Part shown: one piece after another, positions 19,385 through 28,101 of the stretch
How positions within the stretch are numbered: position 1 is the stretch's first letter
How the letters are laid out: every line of letters begins with the position of its first letter
From: Pseudomonadota bacterium
GTDB lineage: Bacteria; Pseudomonadota; Gammaproteobacteria; Pseudomonadales; Azotimanducaceae
Reading direction: 5' to 3'
DNA: 64,000 nt
Assembly (NCBI GenBank): GCA_038757945.1
Contig: JBCDGJ010000002.1
Location: 24,186-88,185, forward strand
Notes under the pieces: generated by a model
Seen by the model: the letters and a program-made list of their open reading frames with translations, nothing else
The model's database searches: none
What the model was told of the DNA's origin: nothing
Translations under genes and position numbers: made by a program

Positions 19385-19614
19385 CCGTTTTCAATCCCCG
19401 TTTGCGCCAGCCAATGGCCCCCATCTCGTGCCACCCGTGGACACGCAATGGATGCTCGGCTCATCTGGAAAGCATAGTTCGACAGCGGAGGTTTGCCCGG
19501 CCAACTGCGTGCTGGTGTGGCGCAGTACAACTTTCACTGCTACACCTAAGACAACCTGAAAATCTTCCATAGACGGCAAATGCATCACGCAACGGGTTCT
19601 GATGGCGGAAAACG

Positions 19615-20454
19615 GTGAGTGAAGTCTCACTGACAGAGGTAGTGGACTACGGCGCTGCGCATCTCAGCCTGCCGAAATCTGCGCTGAGCGTCTTTCAATT
19701 GGCGGTCAGCGAAGAGACCACCAACCAGCAGCTGGTCCGGGCAATCCAGGTTGATCCCGGGCTCGCAGCGCGCCTGCTGCAGAAGGTGAACACCCCGGCT
19801 TTCTCCCGCGGTGCCGAGGTCACCTCCCTCGAAGTCGCAGTCGCCCGTCTGGGCCGGGAGCAGCTGGCGCAGCTCGCTGCAGTGCTGGCGACTGCCGAAG
19901 AGGTGCATCGCCTTGACTGCGACCTGTACAAGTCGCAGAGCTACGCCAGACACAGCGTCAACGTCGGTTTGATTGCGGGCAAAATCGCAAATCGCTTCGA
20001 CCTGCAGGCCGAGAGCATCTTTGTTGCCGGGTTACTGCACGATCTCGGCAAACCCATCGAGTTCCACATGCTTGGCGACCAGATGATCGAGGTTCTCGAC
20101 CAATCGCTCTTCAGCGATGAGCTCGATCTGGCGCAGGCTGAGCAGGAGGTGCTCGGCTTCAACCACTCCGAAGTGGGTGCCGCTCTGGCACAACAGTGGA
20201 ACCTGCCAGGCATCATTATCGAGTGCATTCGTTATCACCATCGGCCCGAAGCTGCTGTAGAGCACCCGGAGGCCGTTGCAGCCGTGGCCCTTGCGAACGC
20301 AATTGAGCACATGGAGATGGAAGACGACTTCGAAGATCTGGAAGCATTCAGGGCTATGGCAGCTCGAACCGCCCACCTGCTGCCGGTCACGCTGGAAGAA
20401 GCGCTCGTCTGGCGTCTCGAAGCACTGGAGTCAGCACAGAAGCTGAACGGCTGA
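19615..20454 (+). CDS. HDOD domain protein
   Basis: LLHDLGKPIEF and HSEVGAALAQQWNLP are HDOD (HD-related output domain) motifs. 279 aa. Divergent from cheA. Confidence 0.8.
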   Translation: MSEVSLTEVVDYGAAHLSLPKSALSVFQLAVSEETTNQQLVRAIQVDPGLAARLLQKVNTPAFSRGAEVTSLEVAVARLGREQLAQLAAVLATAEEVHRLDCDLYKSQSYARHSVNVGLIAGKIANRFDLQAESIFVAGLLHDLGKPIEFHMLGDQMIEVLDQSLFSDELDLAQAEQEVLGFNHSEVGAALAQQWNLPGIIIECIRYHHRPEAAVEHPEAVAAVALANAIEHMEMEDDFEDLEAFRAMAARTAHLLPVTLEEALVWRLEALESAQKLNG

Positions 20455-20468
20455 CTGCTGGACCGAAC

Positions 20469-20541
20469 CGGTTGCGGTTGCGGTTGCGGTTGCGGTTGCG
20501 GTTGCGGTTGCGGTTGCGGTTGCGGTTGCGGTTGCGGTTGC
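20469..20541. repeat. Perfect hexanucleotide microsatellite, (GGTTGC) repeated about 12 times
   Basis: Seen directly: ggttgcggttgcggttgc... uninterrupted for about 73 nt. It lies between the convergent HDOD gene (stop 20454) and the CheX-like gene (stop 20593). Confidence 0.9.
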
Positions 20542-20592
20542 GAAATGGTGGTGGCGCCTCAGTGCAGACACCACTACTGAACGCGATGGCCG

Positions 20593-21045
20593 TCAGATGG
20601 CTTTAAACGAAAGCGCTCCGTCGCCGTAGCCACCAAGCTGTACGCTCAGCTCTACGGTGCGTGCATCCCCCAGCGCGTCAGCCCCGGCAAAGTCTGCAAA
20701 GGGAGAAACCCGGACGAGCTTCAAGTGCGGCGTACTGTCATCCATGAACACCGTCGAAAAGATGTTCATCACCTCATAGAGGTTGTCCTGCGCTATTGGC
20801 GTCAACTCACCGCTGGACAGCATTTCCTCGGCAGCCGCCGGAGGAATCATCGACAGCGCTGAACCAAGGCCAGCCGACGCGGCGAAGTCGCTGTAACAGA
20901 CGCTGACCAGTTCTCCTTCGTCATCCACAAATTCGCCGACGAAGGCATAACTGTCCGCGCCGCCGCTCTTCGCCTCGGCATCCGGGACAAACATCTGCAG
21001 TATGCCGGTGACGGCTTCTTCGGTCGGTACTTTGAATTTTGCCAT
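20593..21045 (-). CDS. Putative CheX/CheC-family chemotaxis phosphatase
   Basis: 150 aa, encoded immediately upstream of and co-directional with cheY. It contains an E-x2-N motif (EVMNI) followed by Pro residues, as in the CheC/CheX D/S-x3-E-x2-N-x22-P signature. The assignment is tentative. Confidence 0.45.
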   Translation of the reverse strand: MAKFKVPTEEAVTGILQMFVPDAEAKSGGADSYAFVGEFVDDEGELVSVCYSDFAASAGLGSALSMIPPAAAEEMLSSGELTPIAQDNLYEVMNIFSTVFMDDSTPHLKLVRVSPFADFAGADALGDARTVELSVQLGGYGDGALSFKAI

Positions 21046-21059
21046 CAGAATCTCCAGCG

Positions 21060-21422
21060 TCAGCCCAATACCGGCCGCAGGGCCTTTTCGAAGCTCTCGG
21101 CGGTAAACGGTTTGCTGATCAGAAACTGCGCTCCGCTCTCTCGTGCCAGGGCGCGCATCTCGGCAGTCGATTCGGTCGTCACGAACCCGAACTTCACAGC
21201 GTTCTTGTCCTCTCGCAGCTTCTTCAGCAGGTCGATGCCGTTCATGTTCGGCATGTTCCAGTCGCAGAGGATCAACTCCGGGTCAACTTCGTAAAACGCA
21301 TCCAGCGCTTTTGCGCCATCTTCCGCCTCGCTGATTTCGAGGCCACTAAAACCGGCCTGCTTCAGCGTACGCTTGACGATCTGACGCATGGCCGTGCTGT
21401 CATCGACGATCAGTACTTTCAT
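21060..21422 (-). CDS. cheY: Chemotaxis response regulator CheY
   Basis: MKVLIVDDSTAMRQIVKRTLKQAGF...LILCDWNMPNMNGIDLLKKLR...FVTTESTAEMRALARESGAQFLISKPF. Single receiver domain, 120 aa. Confidence 0.88.
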   Translation of the reverse strand: MKVLIVDDSTAMRQIVKRTLKQAGFSGLEISEAEDGAKALDAFYEVDPELILCDWNMPNMNGIDLLKKLREDKNAVKFGFVTTESTAEMRALARESGAQFLISKPFTAESFEKALRPVLG

Positions 21423-21684
21423 GACTTTCCAAGGTATGGACGTACTTGAAATATAGAAGGTGGATCCAGTTCTGCTGCAGCGCTGCCGAGAAAGTGTGTG
21501 CGATCCGTCACACCTACGAATGCAGCCGCACCCTGCGACCGCTCGAGCCCTGGCAACCCCGACGGGATCGCGCCGGCGCCGCCGCTGATGTGACGTAGAG
21601 CGCCTTCCTAGCTACGGTGCCAGGCACGGGTCACCAGTTCGGTCTAGTCTTTTCTGAGACGGAGACCCTGGGGACCAGTCCTAG

Positions 21685-22050
21685 ATGGCTAAAATTCTGG
21701 CAGTAGACGACTCACCGGCGATTCGCAAGATGGTCGCTTCGGTGCTGAAGAACGCCGGCCACAGCTTGACCAGCGCTGAGGACGGCATCGAAGCATCGCG
21801 GGTAGCGAACGAAGACAGCTTCGAGCTGATCATCACCGACGTTCACATGCCGAACATGAACGGCATCGAGCTGATCGAAACGCTGCGGCAGCGGCCGGGC
21901 TACCAACATACGCCGATGCTCGTGCTGACGACCGAGTCCAGCATGGAGATGAAGCAGAAGGGGCGGGCCGCGGGCGCAACCGGCTGGATCGTCAAGCCCT
22001 TCAACCCGGAATCCCTGATCGCCGCCGTGTCCAAGGTGCTCGGGCGCTAG
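21685..22050 (+). CDS. CheY-like single-domain response regulator (second copy)
   Basis: MAKILAVDDSPAIRKMVASVLKNAGH...LIITDVHMPNMNGIELIETLR...LVLTTESSMEMKQKGRAAGATGWIVKPF. 121 aa. Divergent from the other cheY. Confidence 0.85.
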   Translation: MAKILAVDDSPAIRKMVASVLKNAGHSLTSAEDGIEASRVANEDSFELIITDVHMPNMNGIELIETLRQRPGYQHTPMLVLTTESSMEMKQKGRAAGATGWIVKPFNPESLIAAVSKVLGR

Positions 22051-22544
22051 TGGCCCTGCACCCCGGGGATTCTGGCGAGCGAGCGACGCGCGCCGCGACC
22101 CCAATGGCTGACCCCGCCACGCAACCGGACGCGGCAGCCCTGGAGCTGTTGTTCCAGCTGCACGGTCGTCTGCTCGAAGCTGCCCGCGCCGAGCTGCTGG
22201 ATGCCGTTGGTCCGATCAGCGAGGTGCTTGGTCAGCTGCTCGAGCAACGCGAACAGCCCCTGCGGGCGGCGCTGGAACAGGCTGCCATCGACCTGCAGGC
22301 TGCGGACTCAGTCGCGCAGCGGCTGGCGCACCTTCAGTCAGCGATGGACCGCCTCGATCGGCTCGCGCGCGCTGACCAGCTGCACGCACCGTCGAAGGCT
22401 CGCGCGCAGCTGTTTGAGCAGCTATGGCGGAGCTTTACCATTGCCGACGAGCGGGCCACCTTCGCAGAAGTGCTGGCCCCCGGTGAAGAATCCAGCAGCA
22501 ACCTCCGCCCACCGGGCGGGCACGGTGATCTGGAGCTGTTCTAA
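22050..22544 (+). CDS. Hypothetical Ala/Leu/Gln/Arg-rich helical protein translationally coupled to the second cheY-like gene
   Basis: Its start overlaps the cheY-like stop. 164 aa of predicted alpha-helical, low-complexity sequence. No family recognised. Its existence as a gene is uncertain. Confidence 0.35.
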   Translation: MALHPGDSGERATRAATPMADPATQPDAAALELLFQLHGRLLEAARAELLDAVGPISEVLGQLLEQREQPLRAALEQAAIDLQAADSVAQRLAHLQSAMDRLDRLARADQLHAPSKARAQLFEQLWRSFTIADERATFAEVLAPGEESSSNLRPPGGHGDLELF

Positions 22545-22665
22545 CGGCTAGCTCCATACGCACGCTCCACCACCAGCGCGCAGCCAGTGCAGCCCCCTGC
22601 CCTGCGCGCTGGGAACCTCCCGATGCCCCTGCCATCGCTCTGGATCGAGCGCCACTCAGCAACGG

Positions 22666-24039
22666 TTAGAGCTCGAGTTCAGCCCACTGCGCCCCACGCC
22701 ACGCCCAGGCCAGCAGAAGGGCAGCAACGGCCACCGAGCCGATGAACACTGCCATCGCCTCACGCAGACCAAATCCCAGGGACACCGTTAACGCTAGCAG
22801 CGGCAGCAACAGCAGCCACTGCGGGAGCAGCGTCAGCCGCATGGCTACCCGCGTGGCACCGGCACCGATCAGCGCGGCTCCGAGGATCTTGCCGTACCCG
22901 TCCAGCACGTGGGCAAACACCGCCAGCTGCAGCGGGATGATCGCGATGGCGAGGGTACCCTCGTCCACGAGAAACAGGCGGAGGATCAGCTGCGGAAAGG
23001 ACGCCACGGCGATCCCCAGTCCCGTAAGAACCAGCAACCCAAAGTTGGACACCTGCCAGCCCCACGCCATCGCATCCCGGGTATCTTTCCGACCGAGCGC
23101 CTCGCCGACCAGCGTTGTAGCCGCACCTCCGATCCCGATGTGCGGCAGGTACGCAATCAGGCAGATGCTGATCACCACATGAAAAGCCGCAAGCTCACGC
23201 ATCCCGATCCGTCCGATGAGCATGTACATCACAACGACGCCAATCGAGAAGAGGATCTGGCGCACGCTCTCCGGCGCGGAGATCCGCAGCAGGGTTCGGA
23301 TGTGTGTGGCGTCTGGCAGCCCGCGCAGAAACCCGTTGCCTGACGCGAAGCGGAGCGCAAATCCCAAATTCACCAGCAATCCAACCAGCACTGCCAGCGT
23401 GCTCCCCAGGCCTGCCCCGGCCACCCCCATCCGCGGCGCTCCGAAATTGCCGAAAATCAGCATGTAGTTGAACAGGACGTTGGCCAGCGACAGCGTAAGG
23501 ATCGCGATCATCGACAATCCCGCCTGGCTGACCCCGATCCAGTACGAGCGAAAGACGAGTGTCAGGCCCATGAACAGCAGCGATGGCAACCGGGTAGCCA
23601 GGTAATCCAGACCCGCTGCGTTGATCAGCGGATCAGCGTTGATTGCACCGAAGACAACGGACATCAACGGATACGCCAGGCTCATCAGGACTACCGCGAC
23701 CACGACCGCCAGCAGAATGCCGGCGTTCAGCACTTTGCCCGTTTCCTTGACGCGACCTTCTCCGACCCGCCGTGCGACCAGCGCTTGAACGCCGGCGGTC
23801 AGGCCTAGTCCTGTGGCCAGCAGCAGAAAGAACAGCTGTCCACCGATGCCGACACCGCCCAGCGCAGCGTCTCCGAGCCGACCCACCATCAGCGTATCCA
23901 CAAAGCCCATCAGATTTGTCGCCAGGGCGGCAGCGATCATCGGCAGCGCGAGATCCAGGATTCTCCGTACCCGTGATGGATCAGCACCGGAATTCGAGGG
24001 CTCGGCCAATCCGGGACTAGTGCTCGTGCGGGTGATCAT
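22666..24039 (-). CDS. MATE-family multidrug/toxin efflux transporter
   Basis: LALPMIAAALATNLMGFVDTLMVGRLGDAALGGVGIGGQLFF plus 12 predicted TM helices is a MATE (NorM/DinF-type) signature. The start is uncertain (M55 of the track ORF, or a later non-ATG start). The first ~55 track codons are high-GC junk overlapping the accessory gene. Confidence 0.8.
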   Translation of the reverse strand: MITRTSTSPGLAEPSNSGADPSRVRRILDLALPMIAAALATNLMGFVDTLMVGRLGDAALGGVGIGGQLFFLLLATGLGLTAGVQALVARRVGEGRVKETGKVLNAGILLAVVVAVVLMSLAYPLMSVVFGAINADPLINAAGLDYLATRLPSLLFMGLTLVFRSYWIGVSQAGLSMIAILTLSLANVLFNYMLIFGNFGAPRMGVAGAGLGSTLAVLVGLLVNLGFALRFASGNGFLRGLPDATHIRTLLRISAPESVRQILFSIGVVVMYMLIGRIGMRELAAFHVVISICLIAYLPHIGIGGAATTLVGEALGRKDTRDAMAWGWQVSNFGLLVLTGLGIAVASFPQLILRLFLVDEGTLAIAIIPLQLAVFAHVLDGYGKILGAALIGAGATRVAMRLTLLPQWLLLLPLLALTVSLGFGLREAMAVFIGSVAVAALLLAWAWRGAQWAELEL

Positions 24040-24361
24040 GGCCCACTGGTCGTGCCGCGAGCACACGCTCCCGATCATCGAGCTCCACGCTGCCCAGCAG
24101 GCCCTTGTCCGCCAGCAGTGCCTCGAAGGCGGCCAGGAAGTGATCGAAGTAGGCATAGTCGTCCGTGCTGCCGGATCGATCCCAACGGTCGATCTGGGCA
24201 ATGAGATGAGCGCGGAACTCGTCCCAGCTGTAGGCGCCCGCCTCGGACAGTGCGCGGGCCATGCCGAACACCCGGCTCTGCCAGGGTGCTTCGAAGACCA
24301 CCTCGCCGTTGGCCATGGGCGGGGCCAGGGTGCCGCTGAGCCCCTCGTCGAAGCCGCTCAC
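24017..24361 (-). CDS. Nitrile hydratase accessory/activator protein (beta-subunit-homologous small protein)
   Basis: 114 aa. ...VFEAPWQSRVFGMARAL... resembles the NHase beta N-terminal region, as in the P14K/NhlE-type accessory proteins of cobalt NHases. Its ATG overlaps the alpha-subunit stop in an ATGA arrangement. Confidence 0.65.
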   Translation of the reverse strand: MSGFDEGLSGTLAPPMANGEVVFEAPWQSRVFGMARALSEAGAYSWDEFRAHLIAQIDRWDRSGSTDDYAYFDHFLAAFEALLADKGLLGSVELDDRERVLAARPVGHDHPHEH

Positions 24362-24933
24362 AACACGCTGACGCCGATCATCGCCTCACGGGTCACCCGC
24401 GCCGCAAGCTGTTCTGCGGACAGTCCACGGGTTGCCGCTGGCTGCTGCGGCAGGACCAGGTAACGGATCTCGGCACTGGAATCCCAGACCCGGACTTCAC
24501 GCTCGGCCGGCAGCTCGAGACCAAACTCCCGCAGCACGGCCCGCGGCTCGCGCACAACCCGGGACCGGTAGGCGGGATCCTTATACCAGCGCGGGGGCAA
24601 ACCCAGCATAGCCCAGGGATAACAGGAGCAGAGCGTACAGACGACCACGTTGTGCACAGCGTCGGTGTTCTCGACCACAACCAGCTTCTGCACCTCGCCG
24701 CCTTCAAACTCGAACTCCTCGATCGCTGCCGTAGCGTCGGCCAGCAACCGCACCTTGAAGTCAGGGTTGGTCCAGGCCCGGGCGACCACCCGCGCACCGT
24801 TCATGGGGCCGACCCGATCGTTGTAGCGAGCGATGGTCTCATCCACGTCCGCTTCCGTGAGCAGGCCCTGTTCGATCAGCAGCGCCTCCAGCGCCTCTGC
24901 CCGGATTGCCTGTTGCGATCGTGATTCACTCAT
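24358..24933 (-). CDS. nthA: Nitrile hydratase alpha subunit (cobalt type)
   Basis: Starts MSESRSQQAIRAEALEALLIEQG. It contains the metal-binding motif VVCTLCSCYPW. The Thr in C-T-L-C-S-C is characteristic of Co-type enzymes; Fe-type enzymes have CSLCSC. The start is set at the internal Met of track ORF 24358..25284, whose upstream part is an out-of-frame overlap with the beta gene. Confidence 0.9.
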   Translation of the reverse strand: MSESRSQQAIRAEALEALLIEQGLLTEADVDETIARYNDRVGPMNGARVVARAWTNPDFKVRLLADATAAIEEFEFEGGEVQKLVVVENTDAVHNVVVCTLCSCYPWAMLGLPPRWYKDPAYRSRVVREPRAVLREFGLELPAEREVRVWDSSAEIRYLVLPQQPAATRGLSAEQLAARVTREAMIGVSVL

Positions 24934-25603
24934 CCGCTGCCTCCAGGTAGCGCTCGAACAGATCCAGGTGCAGCACCAGCCCCGGCTCGCCGGTCTCACC
25001 CCACAGCTCAGTGCCCGTGAACGCCACCGAGTAGACCTGCTGCGGCTGCTCACCCAGGCCCTCGGCGTTGCTGTCCGGAAACACCCAGACCCCACGCAGC
25101 GCAACCACGGTGCCGGTGCGGCCGCGCGCATAAGCGGGCAGCCGGGTGTGCCCGGAAACGGGCGCCTGCAAGGTTCTGACCCGAGCCCCCGGGGCAAAGG
25201 CAGGGTGCGTGCTCTGCGGCCGGACGGCGCCGGTTTCCTCCGGCGCGGGAAAGGGCTTGCGACGGGGATCAGGGCGGGCAGCAATGCGCGTGTCCCGCTC
25301 CCCGCCGAGCCGGACCGCGCGCCCCGTGACCGCAGCCGTCGACACCACGCCCGCCTCCGTGAGCAGCGTTTCCAGCCCGCCGAGCCAGCGCCCGTAGTAC
25401 CCGTGGGTCAGGTACGCGATGGGATCGATGCGCTCGATGGCAAAGCGGAACTGATCCGTATTGGCGGTGGCCCCGGCAGCTCGAGCACTCCGGGTCATGG
25501 TGAATACCGCCGCTTCCCAGCGCTCGTGAAACACGGGCTCGTCATCCTCGATCTCGACCGCGCCGAAACCGTGCCTGCCGCCCAGATCGTGAATGCCGTC
25601 CAT
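24926..25603 (-). CDS. nthB: Nitrile hydratase beta subunit
   Basis: Starts MDGIHDLGGRHGFGAVEIEDDEPVFHERWEAAVF, the canonical NHase-beta N-terminus. It ends ...GETGEPGLVLHLDLFERYLE. The start is set at M58 of the track ORF. Its stop overlaps the nthA start. Confidence 0.9.
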   Translation of the reverse strand: MDGIHDLGGRHGFGAVEIEDDEPVFHERWEAAVFTMTRSARAAGATANTDQFRFAIERIDPIAYLTHGYYGRWLGGLETLLTEAGVVSTAAVTGRAVRLGGERDTRIAARPDPRRKPFPAPEETGAVRPQSTHPAFAPGARVRTLQAPVSGHTRLPAYARGRTGTVVALRGVWVFPDSNAEGLGEQPQQVYSVAFTGTELWGETGEPGLVLHLDLFERYLEAADE

Positions 25604-26267
25604 CGATCCCCTCGCTCCCTGATCGCTTGAGAATACCTCCCACAGGATCACGATCCCAATGCCATCCGCCGCTCCGCCTACGAGGATCTCTGTATTGCCG
25701 GTACTGCGATGATCCCCGAGCCTCGGGGATTCAGAGCCGCTGGTCGGCGCGCTATACAAGCACGACTGCAACAACTATCGGGTTGCAGAAGACCGCGAGA
25801 CACTACGCATCCTGGTCCGGGCGGCGAAAGAAGGCAGCCGCGTGCTGAAGGCACTCGGCTACGGGCGGCACCAGCCCTTCGAGTTCACGCTCTTCAACTG
25901 GTCTCCGGAAGTCTTCAGCAGGATGGGGGTCAGAGGTCTGTGCGCCAGCAAGTTCGCCGAGGTGGCCTTTGCCATGCATGCAGCGGTGGCCCGGGACGAA
26001 ATGGCGGAGCTTACGCAGGAACTCCGGCAGCTGATCGCAACGACGGAAGTTCAGACCCCGAACATCGATGCGCTGAGCCAGTTTGTGAGCTGAGCGCGGA
26101 CGTCAGCGGCGCCCTCCGGTTCAAGACCAGCCAGCGCGCGCGCACGGAGCACCGCCCGGCGTTCTGAAGCGGCTACGCGTCCGCCGTCACGATCCAGCAG
26201 CTGGCCCCAAGCTTGAGGCCATCCGGCTGCTCGTAAGGACGCAGCGCGTCAGCAGCCTGGCAGCCGT

Positions 26268-26867
26268 TCACTGGTTATCGTCGTCTGCGGCGGACAGCTC
26301 CGTACCGTCCGCGGAACCCTGCACGGTCTTCAGCTTCTTCAGCAGCACGTACACCGCGCCCGTGCCGCCCTGCCGCGGCAGCGCCGAATGAAAGGCGATG
26401 ACCTCCGGCAGGTGCTCGAGCCAATGAGCGACGTAGCTCTTCAGCCGCGCCGGGGTCGGGCTGCGCTCACCGCGCCCATGGGCAATGAGAAGCGCCCGGC
26501 GGCCGAGGCCACGCTCATGACGGACGAACCGGAACAGCGCCTGCCGGGCTTCCGCGACCGTCAGGCCATGCAGGTCCAGGTCGGCACCAATGCGGTAATT
26601 CCCGGCACGCAGCTTGTCGAACACGGCGGTCTGCACGCCATTCTGCTTCCAGGCAATCACCGCATGGGGATCAACCGGCGGCACCTCACCCTCCGTCAGC
26701 GGATTGCGCTGGGCTTCGCTTTCGATTCCCAGCGCCGCTGCGCGGCGGGCCGCTTCGGTAGCAGCGCTCACCCCCGTAACCGCGTCGGCGGGAACCTTGC
26801 GCCGCGCCGGTGCCAGCGGCACGACATCGGCCATAGCCTTGGCAAACTCGTCGTCAGAATCACTCAT
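26268..26867 (-). CDS. Smr-domain protein (SmrB/YfcN-like endonuclease)
   Basis: ...GADLDLHGLTVAEARQALFRFVRHERGLGRRALLIAHGRGERS...LKSYVAHWLEHLPEVIAFHSALPRQGGTGAVYVLLKK is the Smr domain. The start is set at MSDSDDEF (M171 of the track ORF). The ATG overlaps the PhyH gene stop as ATGA. Confidence 0.75.
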   Translation of the reverse strand: MSDSDDEFAKAMADVVPLAPARRKVPADAVTGVSAATEAARRAAALGIESEAQRNPLTEGEVPPVDPHAVIAWKQNGVQTAVFDKLRAGNYRIGADLDLHGLTVAEARQALFRFVRHERGLGRRALLIAHGRGERSPTPARLKSYVAHWLEHLPEVIAFHSALPRQGGTGAVYVLLKKLKTVQGSADGTELSAADDDNQ

Positions 26868-27673
26868 GAGGCCACCGGTACGCTCTCGTAGATCGCAGAA
26901 CGGGTACCAGGGATCGGCTTGTTTCCGCTCCGATGATAGGTGAACACGCAGGACAGCTTGACGGCATCCGTCGCGTTGCGGCCGGCCGCGTGGAAGGTGC
27001 GGCAGTGGAACAGCAACGCATCCCCCGGTTCGAGCTCGACAGCAACTGCGCGCTCGATGAGCGCCCGGTTGTCCGGCAGCTCCGGGCGCAGGAACAGCGC
27101 GCGGTCGAGGCGTCCCCGGTCGATGGACATGGAATGGCTGCCGGGAATCACGCGCAGCGCACCGTTTTCCGCCGTTTCCTGACCAAGCGCAAGCCACACG
27201 GAGATCAGCTCCGGAAGGTCGAAGGACCAGTAGCGGATGTCCTGATGCCACTGGGTTTCGCTCGAGAAGCCTGGCGCTTTCGTCATCACGCAGTTGTGGT
27301 GACACTGCGAGACCAGCCAGTCTCGAGCGCCGCTCACGGCCGCGAGCTGATCGCCTACCTCCGAACCGGTTGCCCAAGCCCGGTAGGCCGGATGCCGGCC
27401 GAACGCATACAGCAGCCGCCGCGGCGTGTTCCCGCCCTGAGCACCGCGATCGGCGGGCGCGCCCGGATAGCCGACCTCCGCCTCATATTCAACCGGCGCG
27501 GCAAGCGGCTCGAGTGCCTGAGCGGCCAGCGCCTTGAGCTCCGCGACCCGGTCCGGCTCGAGGAGCTGGCGCACGACGATATAGCCGTCTCGCTCAAACC
27601 GCTCGCGAGCAGCGTTCGGGGAGTCAGTCCTGGAAGTGTCAGCGGTCATGCTTGATCCGGGGTGCCGGAGCAC
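26864..27673 (-). CDS. Phytanoyl-CoA dioxygenase (PhyH) family Fe(II)/2OG oxygenase
   Basis: RFERDGYIVVRQLL...WHQDIRYW...VIPGSHS...GDALLFHCRTFHAAGRN is the PhyH-family pattern, with an H-x-D...H triad. Confidence 0.8.
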   Translation of the reverse strand: MLRHPGSSMTADTSRTDSPNAARERFERDGYIVVRQLLEPDRVAELKALAAQALEPLAAPVEYEAEVGYPGAPADRGAQGGNTPRRLLYAFGRHPAYRAWATGSEVGDQLAAVSGARDWLVSQCHHNCVMTKAPGFSSETQWHQDIRYWSFDLPELISVWLALGQETAENGALRVIPGSHSMSIDRGRLDRALFLRPELPDNRALIERAVAVELEPGDALLFHCRTFHAAGRNATDAVKLSCVFTYHRSGNKPIPGTRSAIYESVPVAS

Positions 27674-27706
27674 CGGTGCTAAAGGCGTTCAATGATGTCT
27701 GGTTCG

Positions 27707-27988
27707 TTAGAGCGTGACGTCGTGCAGCGGTTTGCGATTCACCGTCACGGCGAGCCGGCCACTTGACGCCCAGAACCGCGCCTCGATGTAGTGGTGCTCT
27801 TCCCACTGCAATTCAACGTTGGTCCAGACGTACTGTGGCTCCGCGTCCTGTGCCGGACGCTCCTTGCGGATCAGCCCGTCGAGCCAGAGCCGCAAGGTGC
27901 CGGCGTCGGATACATCGAGACAGAACGGTCGCCCGCGGTGCTCGAAAGCGAAGGATCGCGCGCTGGCGTCAGACGGCACTGCGGACAT
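27707..27988 (-). CDS. Hypothetical small protein
   Basis: About 93 aa (the start is set at MSAVPSDAS). Plausible composition, no family recognised. Low confidence that it is a real gene. Confidence 0.3.
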   Translation of the reverse strand: MSAVPSDASARSFAFEHRGRPFCLDVSDAGTLRLWLDGLIRKERPAQDAEPQYVWTNVELQWEEHHYIEARFWASSGRLAVTVNRKPLHDVTL

Positions 27989-28101
27989 AGTCGTAACCAA
28001 AAGTAACACTACCCAATTATGCGTTGCTGCCGCGGCACCCGCCAGCAGAGCCCAGCAGCGTACCGGCGGGCTGGCAGCACCGCGGGGTTCCTGGCTGCAG
28101 C

